From: Candidatus Aminicenantes bacterium
Lineage (GTDB): Bacteria; Acidobacteriota; Aminicenantia; Aminicenantales; JAFGBC01
Direction of reading: 5' to 3'
Assembly (NCBI GenBank): GCA_963702005.1
Contig: OY969696.1
Location: 1,472,001-1,536,000 of the forward strand
Length of the DNA: 64,000 nucleotides
Below are positions 1 to 10,417 of this stretch, one piece after another. A model generated the notes under the pieces. That model ran no database searches. It was not told where the DNA came from and worked only from the letters and a program-made list of their open reading frames with translations. Within the stretch, counting starts at the first letter, position 1. The number at the start of each line of letters is the position of its first letter. The position numbers and the translations under genes were made by a program.

Positions 1-107
1 GCTACGATGTCGAGTGGAAGGCCCTCGGCGACTTGGGCCGGTTCGGCCCCGGACTTCTGGTCTCGATCGAGGAGAAGGGGTCCCGGGTCCTCATCTGGCT
101 TCAGTAG
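1..107 (+). CDS. 3' end of a gene, partial; C-terminus resembles those of ORFs 1530-2375 and 2394-2780
   Basis: Frame from nt 3 reads YDVEWKALGDLGRFGPGLLVSIEEKGSRVLIWLQ, stop at 105-107. Confidence 0.6.
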   Translation, partial: YDVEWKALGDLGRFGPGLLVSIEEKGSRVLIWLQ

Positions 108-140
108 GCGGGCGGGGATCGTCGTCCCCCGGATAGCGAC

Positions 141-731
141 GTGGAGCGAATGGACGGAAAAGCGGTCGGCAACATGCCGGACATTTCTGTCCTGATAGCC
201 CGCGTCAAGGAAGGAGATAAAAATGCGTTCCAGGACATCACCCGACGGTATCAGCAGGGGGTTTTCGTCCTGGCCTACTCCTTCTTCCGGAACAGGGAAG
301 ACGCCTTGGACATCGTCCAGGAAACCTTCCTCCGTCTTTATGAGAAGGCCGTCCTTTTCCGTGACGGCGAGGAGTTTCAGGCCTGGTTGTTCCAGATCGC
401 CCGAAACCTGTGCATCGACAGCTACCGCCGGAACCGGAAGCGCCGCGCGGACCGGGCGGCTGATGCCCGGCTCGAAGACCTGCCTTCAACGGCCGACGGT
501 CCCGCCGATTGCGAACGTCGGGCCGACCTCCGGGCCCTGTTCCGATCCGTCCTGCCAAGGCTGGCCGAGAAGCAAAGGACGGTCTTCGTCATGAAACATT
601 ACAACGATATGCCTTATCAGGAGATCGCCCGGACGCTCGGGATAGCGGTCGGGACGGTCAAGTCTCTGCATTTCAAGGCCGTCCGGAACCTGCGGAAGCA
701 TCTTGGACCGCACATGGGGATGACGTCATGA
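141..731 (+). CDS. ECF-type sigma-70 factor
   Basis: DALDIVQETFLRLY and FQAWLFQIARNLCID (region 2); YQEIARTLGIAVGTVKSLH (region 4). Confidence 0.92.
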   Translation: MERMDGKAVGNMPDISVLIARVKEGDKNAFQDITRRYQQGVFVLAYSFFRNREDALDIVQETFLRLYEKAVLFRDGEEFQAWLFQIARNLCIDSYRRNRKRRADRAADARLEDLPSTADGPADCERRADLRALFRSVLPRLAEKQRTVFVMKHYNDMPYQEIARTLGIAVGTVKSLHFKAVRNLRKHLGPHMGMTS

Positions 732-1528
732 GCGATTGCAAAACTTATCGGGATCAGTGGGTCGCTTTTCTGAGCCGGGAGCTCGCTCCCGAGGACGAGC
801 GGGCGATGTCCGCTCATCTCGGCTCCTGCCGGCGCTGCCGGAGCGAGGTCGATTCCCTCCGGGCTCTATTCGGCGAGGCGGAATCGTTCCGGGAGGAAAC
901 CCGGGCCGTCCTGGCCTCCGTGGATTGGGAGACGCTCCCCTCCCGGATCGCGGCGCGGCTTCCCGAACGGCCCGCTCCTCTCGCCAAGACCGCCGCGCAG
1001 CCCCGGCTTAGGGCGCAGCTTTGGAGCCCGCGGCTCCGTCCCGCCCTGGCTGGACTCCTGGTCGGGCTCCTCCTCGGCGGCCTGGGCATGTTCTTCGCGC
1101 TGCGACGGCCCTCCGCCCGGAGGCCGGCCGCGGAGTTTTTCGCCTCGGGCGAATTCCTGGACAGGGTCGAGCTCGAGATGGCCCGCCGCCAGACCCTGGA
1201 CTACCTGGATAAAAGCCAGTACCTGTTCCTCGACGTCCTGGAGAGGTCGGGCGGGAGCGGTCCCGCCGGCCCCGACTCCCTGGCTTCCCAGGAAGCCCGG
1301 GAACTCATCTCCCGCAAGAAATACCTCAATCCTCAGCTCGATAAGTTCGGGATGGCCAAGGCCAAGGACCTCTGCGACCAGATCGAGCTCCTCGTCTTCG
1401 AACTCTCCCAACTCTCACCCCGGGTCAGCGCGGCCGAGGTCGATCGGATTCGAGCCATGGTCCGGGACCGGCAGCTTCTGATGAAGATCCGGCTCGTCAA
1501 GAAAGAGCTGGAACGCAGCGAGGTCTGA
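728..1528 (+). CDS. Zinc-binding anti-sigma factor (zf-HC2) with one TM helix
   Basis: ATG at 728 overlaps the sigma stop; HLGSCRRC ZAS motif; hydrophobic LAGLLVGLLLGGLGMFFAL. Confidence 0.85.
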   Translation: MSDCKTYRDQWVAFLSRELAPEDERAMSAHLGSCRRCRSEVDSLRALFGEAESFREETRAVLASVDWETLPSRIAARLPERPAPLAKTAAQPRLRAQLWSPRLRPALAGLLVGLLLGGLGMFFALRRPSARRPAAEFFASGEFLDRVELEMARRQTLDYLDKSQYLFLDVLERSGGSGPAGPDSLASQEARELISRKKYLNPQLDKFGMAKAKDLCDQIELLVFELSQLSPRVSAAEVDRIRAMVRDRQLLMKIRLVKKELERSEV

Positions 1529-1529
1529 C

Positions 1530-2375
1530 ATGAGAAAAACCGGTTGGATACTCAGCCTTTGGCTCCTGGCCGCTCCGGTCACGGGCGTGTTCGCCCAGGC
1601 CCGGCCGGACGAGACGCTCTTTCAGGACGCCAAGCTCCTCCTCTTCGACAAGCAGTGGGCGGATGCCCAGGCCAAGCTCGAAGAGCTCATCGGCAGCCAT
1701 CCGGCCAGCCCCCTCCGGGGCCAGGCCATCTTCTACCGGGCCAAGTGCCTCAACGAGCGGAAGGGGATGGAGAAGGAGGCCCTGGCCGCCTTCAAAGACT
1801 ACCTTGCCCTCAAGGAGCGCAACGACAGCCTGATCGAGGAATCGGAAAACTCGATCATTGACCTCGCCTTCGATCTCTACGGCCGGGGAGAGAAGTCCTA
1901 TCTCAAGGAGATCGAGGACCGGCTCGGCAGCAAGAACCGCTCCATCAAGTACTACGCGGCTTTCAAGCTCAGCTACGCGGCGGACAAAGCCGTCGCCGCC
2001 AAGGGCGTGCCCATCCTGAAGCTGATCGTCGAGTCCGAGCGGAACCTCGAGCTCAAGGACCGGGCTAAGATCGCCCTCCTCCGCATCTCGCCCGAAAGCC
2101 TCAGGGGTGTGTCGGACGAACCGGCAGTCATGGGGCCGCGAGTCCTCAAGATCAGGATCTACGAGAAGGGCCGGAAAGAGCCGAGCCTGTCTCTCAACAT
2201 CCCCTGGGCCTTGGCCGACCTGGCGCTGAGCTCGATTCCCGAGGAGGAGCGGGCCAAGCTCCGCAAGAAAGGCCACGACATCGACTCGATCATTCGCGAC
2301 CTGAGCAGGGACAAAGGGACCATCTTCGAGGTCGTGGCTGAGGACCAGAGCGTCATCAAGATTTGGATCGAATAA
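1530..2375 (+). CDS. Exported TPR/helical-repeat protein
   Basis: Signal peptide ending VFA-Q; TPR-like LFQDAKLLLFDKQWADA...AIFYRAKC. Confidence 0.7.
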   Translation: MRKTGWILSLWLLAAPVTGVFAQARPDETLFQDAKLLLFDKQWADAQAKLEELIGSHPASPLRGQAIFYRAKCLNERKGMEKEALAAFKDYLALKERNDSLIEESENSIIDLAFDLYGRGEKSYLKEIEDRLGSKNRSIKYYAAFKLSYAADKAVAAKGVPILKLIVESERNLELKDRAKIALLRISPESLRGVSDEPAVMGPRVLKIRIYEKGRKEPSLSLNIPWALADLALSSIPEEERAKLRKKGHDIDSIIRDLSRDKGTIFEVVAEDQSVIKIWIE

Positions 2376-2393
2376 ACCATCAAGGAGGACATT

Positions 2394-2780
2394 ATGAAAA
2401 AGACAGTACTTCTCGCGGCGGCCGTCTTCGGACTGGCGCTCGTTCTTGGGACCTTCGCCCTGGCCGACAGCCGCCAGGACCTCCAGGCCATCAAGAAAGC
2501 CGTCAAGGACAACCCGAACTTCGAGCCGGGCAAGGAGGTCAAGTGGTTCAAGGTCTTGGTCACGGACACCAAGACCAATAAGGACAAGGTCAAGATCACC
2601 CTGCCTTTGGCCCTGGTCGAGGCCTTCGTCAAGTGCGCCGACAACAAGCACCTCCGGATCGACGACGGGGATTGCGACATCGATTTCGAGGCGCTGCTGG
2701 CCGAGCTCAAAAAGGTCGGCCCGATGGCCCTGATCGAGGTTTATGAGGACGACGAGACCGTCAAGGTCTGGCTCGAGTAG
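2394..2780 (+). CDS. Exported hypothetical protein
   Basis: GGAGG RBS; signal peptide ending ALA-D. Confidence 0.75.
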   Translation: MKKTVLLAAAVFGLALVLGTFALADSRQDLQAIKKAVKDNPNFEPGKEVKWFKVLVTDTKTNKDKVKITLPLALVEAFVKCADNKHLRIDDGDCDIDFEALLAELKKVGPMALIEVYEDDETVKVWLE

Positions 2781-2806
2781 GCCGCGAGGCGCAAATATCC
2801 GCTCCC

Positions 2807-2866
2807 GGGGATTGGACTGGCCCCTCCCTCAAGAAAAGGGGGGTCCAGTCCGGTCCCCTTTTTTTT
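2807..2866 (+). terminator. Rho-independent terminator
   Basis: gggattggactgg...ccagtccggtcccc stem followed by a T run. Confidence 0.7.
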
Positions 2867-3049
2867 GCCGTCCCGAATTGATAAAATAGACGGGTCTTCG
2901 CCTATGAAGGGATGTCAGCGGAAGGGGTCGGAAGCCGCTATTCCGGATTGGAGGGAGTCAGGAGCGATGAAGAAGACGACAACGCCGAGAAAAGCGATCA
3001 GGAAACGGAGGGCCGGAGTCGTCCCAGGAATTCTTTTTGGAGGCGAACG

Positions 3050-4342
3050 ATGGGATTAACGATGGTCGAGAAAATCCTGTCCAAGGCCGTCCGACGGTCC
3101 GCGGTCAGGGCCGGGGATGTGGTCGAGCCCGCCGTGAACATGGCCATGTCCCACGAAAACGCAGCCCTGGTCATCAACCAATTCCTTGAAATATACAGGG
3201 ACACAGGCCTCGAGCCCAAGGTCTGGGACCCTTCGAAAATCGCGATTATCTTCGACCATCGGATCCCGGCCGAGAGCTCCAAGACGGCGACCAACCAGAA
3301 GAAGATCCGCGCCTTTGTCGCCCAGCAAGGCATCAAGAAGTTCCATGATATCCGGGGCGATCAAGGAGGGATCTGCCACCAGATTCTCCCCGAGAACGGT
3401 TACGTCCTCCCCGGAAAAGTCGTAATCGGGACCGACAGCCACACGACGAGCCACGGGGCGTTGGGGGCGTTCGCCTTCGGGATCGGCGCGACCGAGATGG
3501 CCTCGGTCTGGACGTTGGGTACGGTCCTCAACGTCGAGGTCCCCAAGACGATCAAGGTCATGGCCATAGGCCGCTTCCCGCGCTACGTCCTCCCCAAAGA
3601 TCTTATCCTCTATCTGATCGGACAACTGACGGCCGAGGGCGCGAACTTCAAGGTGATCGAGTTCCACGGCCCGGTGATCAAGGCCATGTCCACCTCGGGC
3701 CGGTTCGTCCTCTGCAATATGTCGGTTGAAGCCGGGGCGACCTCAGGGATCGTCCCGCCCGACGCCGAAACCGTTCGCTACCTTCGCTCCGAGGCCAAGG
3801 TCAAGGGCAAGCTCGACCCCTTCGGCCCCGACCCGGACGCCGACTACGACCGGGTTCTCGAGATCGACGTTTCTTCGCTCGAGCCCATGGTCGCCTGCCC
3901 CCACGCCGTTGACAACGTCAAGCCGGTCGGCGCGGTCCGGGGTGTCAAGGTCCAGCAGGTCGTCATCGGATCCTGCACCAACGGCCGGCTCGACGACCTG
4001 GCCGTAGCCGCCCGCATCCTCAAGGGCAAGTCGGTCGCCAAGGGGACCCGCATGCTCGTGTTTCCGGCCTCCTACCGGATCTACGGCCAGGCTCTCAGGC
4101 TCGGCTACATCGCGGACTTCATCAAAGCGGGCGCGGTCGTCATGAATCCCGGCTGCGGGCCCTGCCTGGGCGTCCACCAGGGCGCGCTCGGAGACGGCGA
4201 AGTCGCCCTGGCGACCACCAACCGGAACTTCAAAGGCCGAATGGGAAACTCCAACGCCGAGGTCTATCTCTCGTCGCCGGCCGTGGCTGCGGCGAGCGCC
4301 ATCAAGGGCGCGATCACCGACCCGAGACAAGGAGGACGTTGA
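3050..4342 (+). CDS. Isopropylmalate isomerase/homoaconitase-family large subunit (LeuC/HacA type)
   Basis: MGLTMVEKIL start with GGAGG RBS; GICHQ, GTDSHT, IGSCTNGR, PGCGPCLG, TTNRNFKGRMG. Confidence 0.93.
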   Translation: MGLTMVEKILSKAVRRSAVRAGDVVEPAVNMAMSHENAALVINQFLEIYRDTGLEPKVWDPSKIAIIFDHRIPAESSKTATNQKKIRAFVAQQGIKKFHDIRGDQGGICHQILPENGYVLPGKVVIGTDSHTTSHGALGAFAFGIGATEMASVWTLGTVLNVEVPKTIKVMAIGRFPRYVLPKDLILYLIGQLTAEGANFKVIEFHGPVIKAMSTSGRFVLCNMSVEAGATSGIVPPDAETVRYLRSEAKVKGKLDPFGPDPDADYDRVLEIDVSSLEPMVACPHAVDNVKPVGAVRGVKVQQVVIGSCTNGRLDDLAVAARILKGKSVAKGTRMLVFPASYRIYGQALRLGYIADFIKAGAVVMNPGCGPCLGVHQGALGDGEVALATTNRNFKGRMGNSNAEVYLSSPAVAAASAIKGAITDPRQGGR

Positions 4343-4836
4343 TGGCCAAAGTTGTCCTGAAACTTGGCGACGATATCTCCACCGACATCATCTATCCCGG
4401 ACGCTATCTGGCGACGGTTCTCCCGAGCGAGACGCCCCAGTACGCTTTCGCCGACAACGCCGAGTTCAACGGCCGCCTCAAACGAAACGAGATACCGGCC
4501 GGGAGCGTAGTCGTCGCCGGCAAGAACTTCGGCTGCGGCTCCTCGCGCGAGCAGGCAGCCTCGACCCTCAAGGGTCATGAGCTTACGGTCGTGGCCCGCA
4601 ACTTCGCCCGGATCTTTCTCCAGAACTCGATCAACCTCGGGCTGCGGACCATCGTCTGCCCGGGGATCGAAGCCGAGGAGGGGGACGACCTGGAGATCAC
4701 TCCGGATAAGGGCATCAACCTGACGAGCGGGAAAAGCTTTCCGCTCGAGCCGCTCCCCAAGGCCCGCCAGGCCATCATCGACGCCGGCGGCCTCATTCCT
4801 TACACACGGAACAGGATCTTAGAGAAACTCAAGTGA
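4342..4836 (+). CDS. LeuD/HacB-type small subunit
   Basis: DDISTDIIYPGRYL, GKNFGCGSSREQA, FARIFLQNSINLGL. Confidence 0.93.
   Translation: MAKVVLKLGDDISTDIIYPGRYLATVLPSETPQYAFADNAEFNGRLKRNEIPAGSVVVAGKNFGCGSSREQAASTLKGHELTVVARNFARIFLQNSINLGLRTIVCPGIEAEEGDDLEITPDKGINLTSGKSFPLEPLPKARQAIIDAGGLIPYTRNRILEKLK
4750..4805 (+). repeat. Direct repeat copy 1 (3' end of leuD-like gene)
   Basis: ccgctccccaaggcccgccaggccatcatcgacgccggcggcctcattccttacac; one mismatch to 11100-11155. Confidence 0.9.
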
Positions 4837-5016
4837 TGACCTATATTTTCTCATAAGTTGGCAGCCGAAAGCTCTTATTGAGATCCTTTCTTCAGGTCGA
4901 AGACGATCGGATTGACGCCTGATAGCCTTCTTTTAAAATCTTTTTGCCGCAGCTACGGCCTACACCCTCCTCGTCCTGGGGCTGGTCCTCAGCGGGTCCT
5001 GCTCGGCCGAGGGGGG

Positions 5017-7161
5017 CTAGGCGGGGTACGGTCTCTCGGCGATGCCCCTGTAAACGGCCTGGGAGAAATTGATCGAACGCATCGGCGCCTGGGTGATTCC
5101 TTCCTCGAAGTAGTGGGCGGAGAGGCCCATGATGCGGCCGAAAATGAAGAGGGCCTTGGCCAGCCTGGGATCGAGGCCCATGTCTGCGATGATGGCGCCG
5201 ATGACGCCGTCGACATTGATGGGCAGGCTGAGGCCGCGGACTTCCTTGAGCATATCCTCGGCGATCTTGGAAAGGGCGACGCAGGTTCCGGCTGACCCGG
5301 TCTTCCCGGCGAGCCGCCACAGAACGTCGCGCCGGGGGTCCTTGGTATGGATACGGTGACCCATGCCTTCGATCCGCTTCCCCTGATGGATGTATTCGCG
5401 GATGACGGTCCGGACGGCGTCCTCGGGGCTGAGCCCTTTCTCGGCTGAGAGGCCGGCCGCGCGGCAAAAAAACACGGCCGCCTTTTCGCCGGCCCCGCCG
5501 TGGACGTCTGTGATGGCGCCCACGCCCTGGGCCACAGCGACTTCATAGGACGCCCGGACAGACGAGGCGATGAGGGTCGCCTGCGCCGAGGGGGGCGTGA
5601 CGCCATGGTCGATGGAGGCCACGATGATCGCCTCGAGCATGCGCGCCTTCTCTTTGTCCAAGGACATCGCGCCGCTGACGGCCCGGTAGACGGCGTGGGC
5701 GAAGGGAGCGTCGGGCGCCGACGCCTGGAGGGCCGAGCCGTGGGCCTGGAGCCCGGCCAGATATGCCGTGAAGCGTCCGAGGGCGAAGACGGTTTTCTCG
5801 GCTTGGGCCAGCCTCCCCTGGGGCTTGAAGCCGGCCAGCGTCTCGTCGTTGAGGATGCATTTTTGGAGAGTTTTGGACAGGTCTTCCTCGGGATTCCGGA
5901 CGACGGACGGGAAGGGCTTGAGGGCCGCCTCCATGGCCAGACGCGTGAGGGAGGCCGTCCGCGCCGAGTCCGGCCATTCCCCTTGGATGATGAGATAGGC
6001 GGCTTCGACAAGAGAGGCCCGTTCGATGAGGTCCTGGACTCGATATCCCCGCACGACGAGATTGTTGGGTTCGACTTTCGTGATCAGGGTTGTCCAGCTG
6101 GGACTGGGAGGCGGAGCTTCCCATAGGGACTTCATCTTGGCGTAGTAGCGCTCGGGCTGGAAATAGGTTTTCCCCTTGAGCTTGGACCGGGCGATGTCGA
6201 TTAGATCGTATTGGCTGTTGACGACGGGGACCCCGGCCGCCTCCAGCGCCTTTTTCTTGGACAGGAAAGTGCCCGTTTCGACGCCCGGCGTGATGATGGC
6301 CCCGGCATGGCCCATGGTTTTTCCCTCCGGGGCGTGGGCGCCCGAGATGAGGGCCACGAGGGGCTTGGGGTATCTGTTCGGATGGGCCCGGATGTCCTGG
6401 GCCAGAAGCTCCTCCTGGCACCCGCCGATTTCTCCAGCGACGATGACCAGGTCCGTCTTCTCGAACTCCATGGCTAAGGGGATGAGGTCGCGGAACGTGG
6501 AGCCGATGGCCCCGTCGCCGCCGATGCCGATCACGGCGTTCTGGGCGATGCCGATGCTGGCCATGGCGTCGGACATGTGATAGAGGATCGCTCCGCTGCG
6601 AGAGACGATGGTCACGCCTCCGGCCCCATAGCGCCCGGGCGAGATCTCCTCCGGGTAAAACACATCGGGCAGCATCCCGATCTTGATACGCTCCGGCGGA
6701 AAGATCAGCCCCGGCGTGTTCCCGCCGATGAGGACGGTCCCGTGCTTCCGGGCGGAAACGATGATGTCCCGGACGTCCTTCAAGGGGAGCCCTTCCGAGA
6801 TGAGGACGACCAAGGGAATCCCCGCTTCGATCGCTTCCAGGGCGGTCTCTTTCGCCGTCGAATAGTGACGCCAGATGCTCGCCGCGACGACGTCGGGATG
6901 CTCCGCCAGGCATTCTTTCACCGAGTCGAACACCGGGATGACCTCGTGGACGCGGGTTCCGCCCTCGCCCGGCGCGACGCCGGCCACGATGGACGTCCCG
7001 AAGTCGTGCATCAACCCGGCGTGTTTGGACCCCTGCCCGCCGAGGCCAAGAATGATCGTATCCAGCCGCCCTGTTTGAGCCACCCGCTCGGCCAGCCGCG
7101 GCCGGACCTTCCGGATGATGTGGTAGAGCATGCCGTCCGTCGCTTGGATCTTCTCGTCCAT
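5017..7161 (-). CDS. ATP-citrate lyase alpha-like protein (SucD-like CoA-ligase fused to citryl-CoA lyase/citrate-synthase-like domain)
   Basis: GGNTPG, SRSGA, GEIGG, MGHAGA phospho-His; C-terminal DHGVTPPSA, HGGAGE, GMGHRIH, NVDG; TGATG-coupled to the upstream gene. Confidence 0.85.
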   Translation of the reverse strand: MDEKIQATDGMLYHIIRKVRPRLAERVAQTGRLDTIILGLGGQGSKHAGLMHDFGTSIVAGVAPGEGGTRVHEVIPVFDSVKECLAEHPDVVAASIWRHYSTAKETALEAIEAGIPLVVLISEGLPLKDVRDIIVSARKHGTVLIGGNTPGLIFPPERIKIGMLPDVFYPEEISPGRYGAGGVTIVSRSGAILYHMSDAMASIGIAQNAVIGIGGDGAIGSTFRDLIPLAMEFEKTDLVIVAGEIGGCQEELLAQDIRAHPNRYPKPLVALISGAHAPEGKTMGHAGAIITPGVETGTFLSKKKALEAAGVPVVNSQYDLIDIARSKLKGKTYFQPERYYAKMKSLWEAPPPSPSWTTLITKVEPNNLVVRGYRVQDLIERASLVEAAYLIIQGEWPDSARTASLTRLAMEAALKPFPSVVRNPEEDLSKTLQKCILNDETLAGFKPQGRLAQAEKTVFALGRFTAYLAGLQAHGSALQASAPDAPFAHAVYRAVSGAMSLDKEKARMLEAIIVASIDHGVTPPSAQATLIASSVRASYEVAVAQGVGAITDVHGGAGEKAAVFFCRAAGLSAEKGLSPEDAVRTVIREYIHQGKRIEGMGHRIHTKDPRRDVLWRLAGKTGSAGTCVALSKIAEDMLKEVRGLSLPINVDGVIGAIIADMGLDPRLAKALFIFGRIMGLSAHYFEEGITQAPMRSINFSQAVYRGIAERPYPA

Positions 7162-8444
7162 CACTTCCACCCCTTACGATCGAAGGCGTAGCGGATCCCT
7201 TCCCGGATGACCTCGGCCATGATCTTCCGGTTGCCGACCGTGATGTGCATGTCCTCGAGCTCTTCGGGCGTTTCCCGCTTGGCCCGCTCCAGGAAGTCGC
7301 GGGCGCTCGGCAGGTCCGTCCCCACCATCCGGCCGATCACGGGCACGACGCGCCGCCCGCTCTTCCGCCTCTCCCTCAGGCATCCGACCAGGCCGCGAAT
7401 GAAAACATCGCACGAGGAGATGCCGCCGAACCGGGACGTGATGACGAGGTCGACGGTTTCATTGTCGAACAGGAGGTTGAACATCTCGGCGACCATGGCC
7501 ACGGTCGGGCCGCCGCCCGAGTCCATGAAGTTGACGGGCACCACGCGTCCGCCGAAAAACCTGTCGCCGACGTTAGCGACTTCATCGATGGAAAAAATCC
7601 CGTAGCCCGCCCCGCCGGGGACAAGCCCCACGTACAGCCGTTCCGGGTCCTTCCGGTGGTCCTCGGGCAGGAGGTCGACATAACGGAAGCCGGCTTCCCG
7701 CGCCCGGACTTCGTTCCGGGTTGGCTCGGAGACGTCATGCCGGACCTTCTCGAGCCCCAGGAAACGGAGGAGGCCGTTCTGGCGGTACAGGCCGTTGTCG
7801 TCGAGGACGACCTTGGCGTCCGCGGCCACGGGGCCGGCCGGCGAAATGAGGAGGGGATTGATCTCGGCCACCTTGCAGTCGTACTTCTGGAAAACCGTAT
7901 AGACCCGGGATATAACGGCCTTCAGCCGGTCGTGGTCCTCCTCGCCCAGCCCGAGGCCGGAGGCGAGGAAGGACGCCAACCGGAGGGCCGTGTCCTTGGG
8001 GAGGCTCTCGTCGTTGTCGGGGAGATCGACCCTCATGATCTTCTGTGGCGACTCCCGGGCCACCTGCTCGATGTCCACGCCTCCGGCCGGGCTGACGATG
8101 ACGGTGACATTGAAGTCGGCGGGATTCATTGTCACCCCGACATAGCACGCGCCGGCACCCTCGACCGCCTCCTCGAGCAGGATCCTGTCGACGACATAGC
8201 CGCCGATCCTCCGGCCCAGAATTTTCAGGGCCTGGGCGACCGCCTCCTGAGCGCTGCCGGCTTTTTGGATGCCGCCGGCCTTTCCCCGGCCGCCGACGAG
8301 GACGAGCGACTTGATCATCGCCGGTAGACGCAGCCCCGGCAGCTCCGGGATCTCCTCGGCCCGGCGGACCAAGCCGTAAGCCTTGGGGACGGGGATGCCT
8401 TCCTTTTCAAACAGCTGCTTGGCTTCGTTTTCGTAGAGTCGCAT
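7161..8444 (-). CDS. ATP-grasp beta subunit (SucC/AclB-like)
   Basis: MRLYENEAKQLF, GGRGKAGG, GGVDIE, EINPL, AADAKVVLDDN, NFMDSGGG. Confidence 0.88.
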   Translation of the reverse strand: MRLYENEAKQLFEKEGIPVPKAYGLVRRAEEIPELPGLRLPAMIKSLVLVGGRGKAGGIQKAGSAQEAVAQALKILGRRIGGYVVDRILLEEAVEGAGACYVGVTMNPADFNVTVIVSPAGGVDIEQVARESPQKIMRVDLPDNDESLPKDTALRLASFLASGLGLGEEDHDRLKAVISRVYTVFQKYDCKVAEINPLLISPAGPVAADAKVVLDDNGLYRQNGLLRFLGLEKVRHDVSEPTRNEVRAREAGFRYVDLLPEDHRKDPERLYVGLVPGGAGYGIFSIDEVANVGDRFFGGRVVPVNFMDSGGGPTVAMVAEMFNLLFDNETVDLVITSRFGGISSCDVFIRGLVGCLRERRKSGRRVVPVIGRMVGTDLPSARDFLERAKRETPEELEDMHITVGNRKIMAEVIREGIRYAFDRKGWK

Positions 8445-8489
8445 CTCAACCTCGCATTAGAACGAACCCGCCCGGGCCGGGGTCACTGT

Positions 8490-10328
8490 TTATCCGCCTT
8501 CGATTCCGGATTTCCCCCCCGAGTTTAATAATCCGCCCCTCCGGAAAATCGCCATTTGAGTTTCCGAGAACGGTTTGACGTAGAGGACTTCGCCGGTCCG
8601 ATGCCGTCTCACCTCGCCCGAGACAAAGTCGATGGTGACGTCCTCGCCGCTCTCCAGGCCCGGCGAGAGGAGGTCGCCCGTGAGGGCCGGCAGCCCGGCG
8701 TTGATCGCGTTTCGCTCGTAAATGGCGCCGAACGAGCGGGCGACAATGGCCTGGATCCCCAGACTCTTGAAGCAGTCGACGGCCTGCTGGCGCGAGGAGC
8801 CGGCGCCGAAGTTGCCGGCCGTGACCACGATGTCGCCGCGCGCGGCCTTCTTGGCGAAATCTTCCCAGCCGGCGAGGTTGTTGAAGGTGTATTGGCCCAT
8901 TTGAGCGATGTCCGTGATGGCCAGATACCTGTTGTGGAAGATCATGTCCGTGTCGATGTTGTCCTTGTCGATGACCCAGACGCGTCCTTTGATGACGGAG
9001 GGCCTGTCCACGCCGGCCGCAATCTTTCTTCCTCCTTCTTTCCGGGAAACGGTCTTGAGCCCGGCCGCTGCAAAAAGGACGGGCTTCTCGGGGATGTCCG
9101 AGGCCGCCGTAATGCGGCCGGCAACGGCGGAGGCGGCGGCCGTGGCGGGCGAGGCGAGGTAGACGTTCCCCTTCCCCTGCTTGCCAGCGAAATTCCTGTT
9201 GCCGGTGCTGACCGTGACCTCGCCGGGGCCGTTTTGGCCGATCTGTCCCTCGGCGCAGCCGGCGCAACCGGGATTGCCCACGAGGGCGCCGGCCTTGATG
9301 AACGTGTCCATCAGACCCGTTTCAAGGCATTTCTGCCAGATCGTCCGCGTGGCCGGGACGATTTTCAGGACGACTCCCGGGGCCGCCTTGCGGCCCTTGA
9401 GGATATCGGCGGCCGCGAGCATGTCCTCGTAGCGGCCGTTGGTGCATGACCCGATGAACGCGGAGTCGATCTTGGTCCCGGCGACGTCGCTCACGGGGAC
9501 GACGTCCTCGGGATGACCCGGGCGGGAGATCAGGGGGATGAGGTCCGAAACGTCGATTTCGACAGCCCTGTCGTAGGCCGCGTCGGAGTCGGCGAACGGG
9601 GCCCGGCCCTTTTTGCCGAGCGTGTTAAAATGTTCCAGCACGGCGTTGTTGGGAGGAAAGAGGAGGATGATCGCCCCCATTTCCGTAGCCAGGGAGGCGA
9701 TGGTGATCCGCTCGCTGAGCCCCAGGCCGTTGACGGCTTGACCGTAGAGCTCGGCGCTCATTCCCAGGAGGCCGGCCGCGCCGAACTCACGGAGGAGCCT
9801 CAAGCCGATATCCTTTGCTGTGGTTTCTGAGGGCGGATTCCCCTTCAGGATGACCTTTATGGATCCGGGGACCTTGAACCAGACCTGGCCGTAGGCCCAG
9901 GCGGCGGCGATGTCCTGGTCTCCCATCCCCTGGCCAAAGGCGCCGATAGCCCCCAGGATGTTGGCGTGGGAGTCGGTCGAGACGAGCGTGCCCCCCGGCA
10001 GGACCAGGCCCTCGTCGATGGCGATGTGCGTGCCGATCCCGGCATCGATATCATGGACGATGATGGACTGCTCCCGTGCGAAAACTCGGCAGAGCTGCTG
10101 GTTGGCCGCGTACTTCTGGTCCGAGCCGCCCGGGTTGCAGTCGAAGGTGAAGAATGTCCTGGAGACGTCGTGGACGCCGAGCTTGTTGTCCGTCAGGTTC
10201 TTGACGACGCTGGCGCCGCCGAAATCGCGGGCGATCCGGGCATCGATGCGCACGTCGGCGATGTCGCCGGGCTTGACCTTCCGCCCGGAATGGTCGGAGA
10301 GGATTTTCTCGATGATGGTCTGTCCCAT
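8490..10328 (-). CDS. Fused large+small subunit aconitase/isopropylmalate-isomerase-family protein
   Basis: MGQTIIEKIL start; TDSHAN, IGSCTNGR, PGCAGC, NRNFAG, then small-subunit DNIDTDMI, NFGAGSSRQQA. Confidence 0.9.
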   Translation of the reverse strand: MGQTIIEKILSDHSGRKVKPGDIADVRIDARIARDFGGASVVKNLTDNKLGVHDVSRTFFTFDCNPGGSDQKYAANQQLCRVFAREQSIIVHDIDAGIGTHIAIDEGLVLPGGTLVSTDSHANILGAIGAFGQGMGDQDIAAAWAYGQVWFKVPGSIKVILKGNPPSETTAKDIGLRLLREFGAAGLLGMSAELYGQAVNGLGLSERITIASLATEMGAIILLFPPNNAVLEHFNTLGKKGRAPFADSDAAYDRAVEIDVSDLIPLISRPGHPEDVVPVSDVAGTKIDSAFIGSCTNGRYEDMLAAADILKGRKAAPGVVLKIVPATRTIWQKCLETGLMDTFIKAGALVGNPGCAGCAEGQIGQNGPGEVTVSTGNRNFAGKQGKGNVYLASPATAAASAVAGRITAASDIPEKPVLFAAAGLKTVSRKEGGRKIAAGVDRPSVIKGRVWVIDKDNIDTDMIFHNRYLAITDIAQMGQYTFNNLAGWEDFAKKAARGDIVVTAGNFGAGSSRQQAVDCFKSLGIQAIVARSFGAIYERNAINAGLPALTGDLLSPGLESGEDVTIDFVSGEVRRHRTGEVLYVKPFSETQMAIFRRGGLLNSGGKSGIEGG

Positions 10329-10417
10329 GCTGGACTCCGTATCGGCGTTTTTCTTCAGGGGGCCGTCATCCGGACGTCTTCTCCCCCCGCGCGGTTGGAG
10401 AGGACGAGCCCCGCTCT

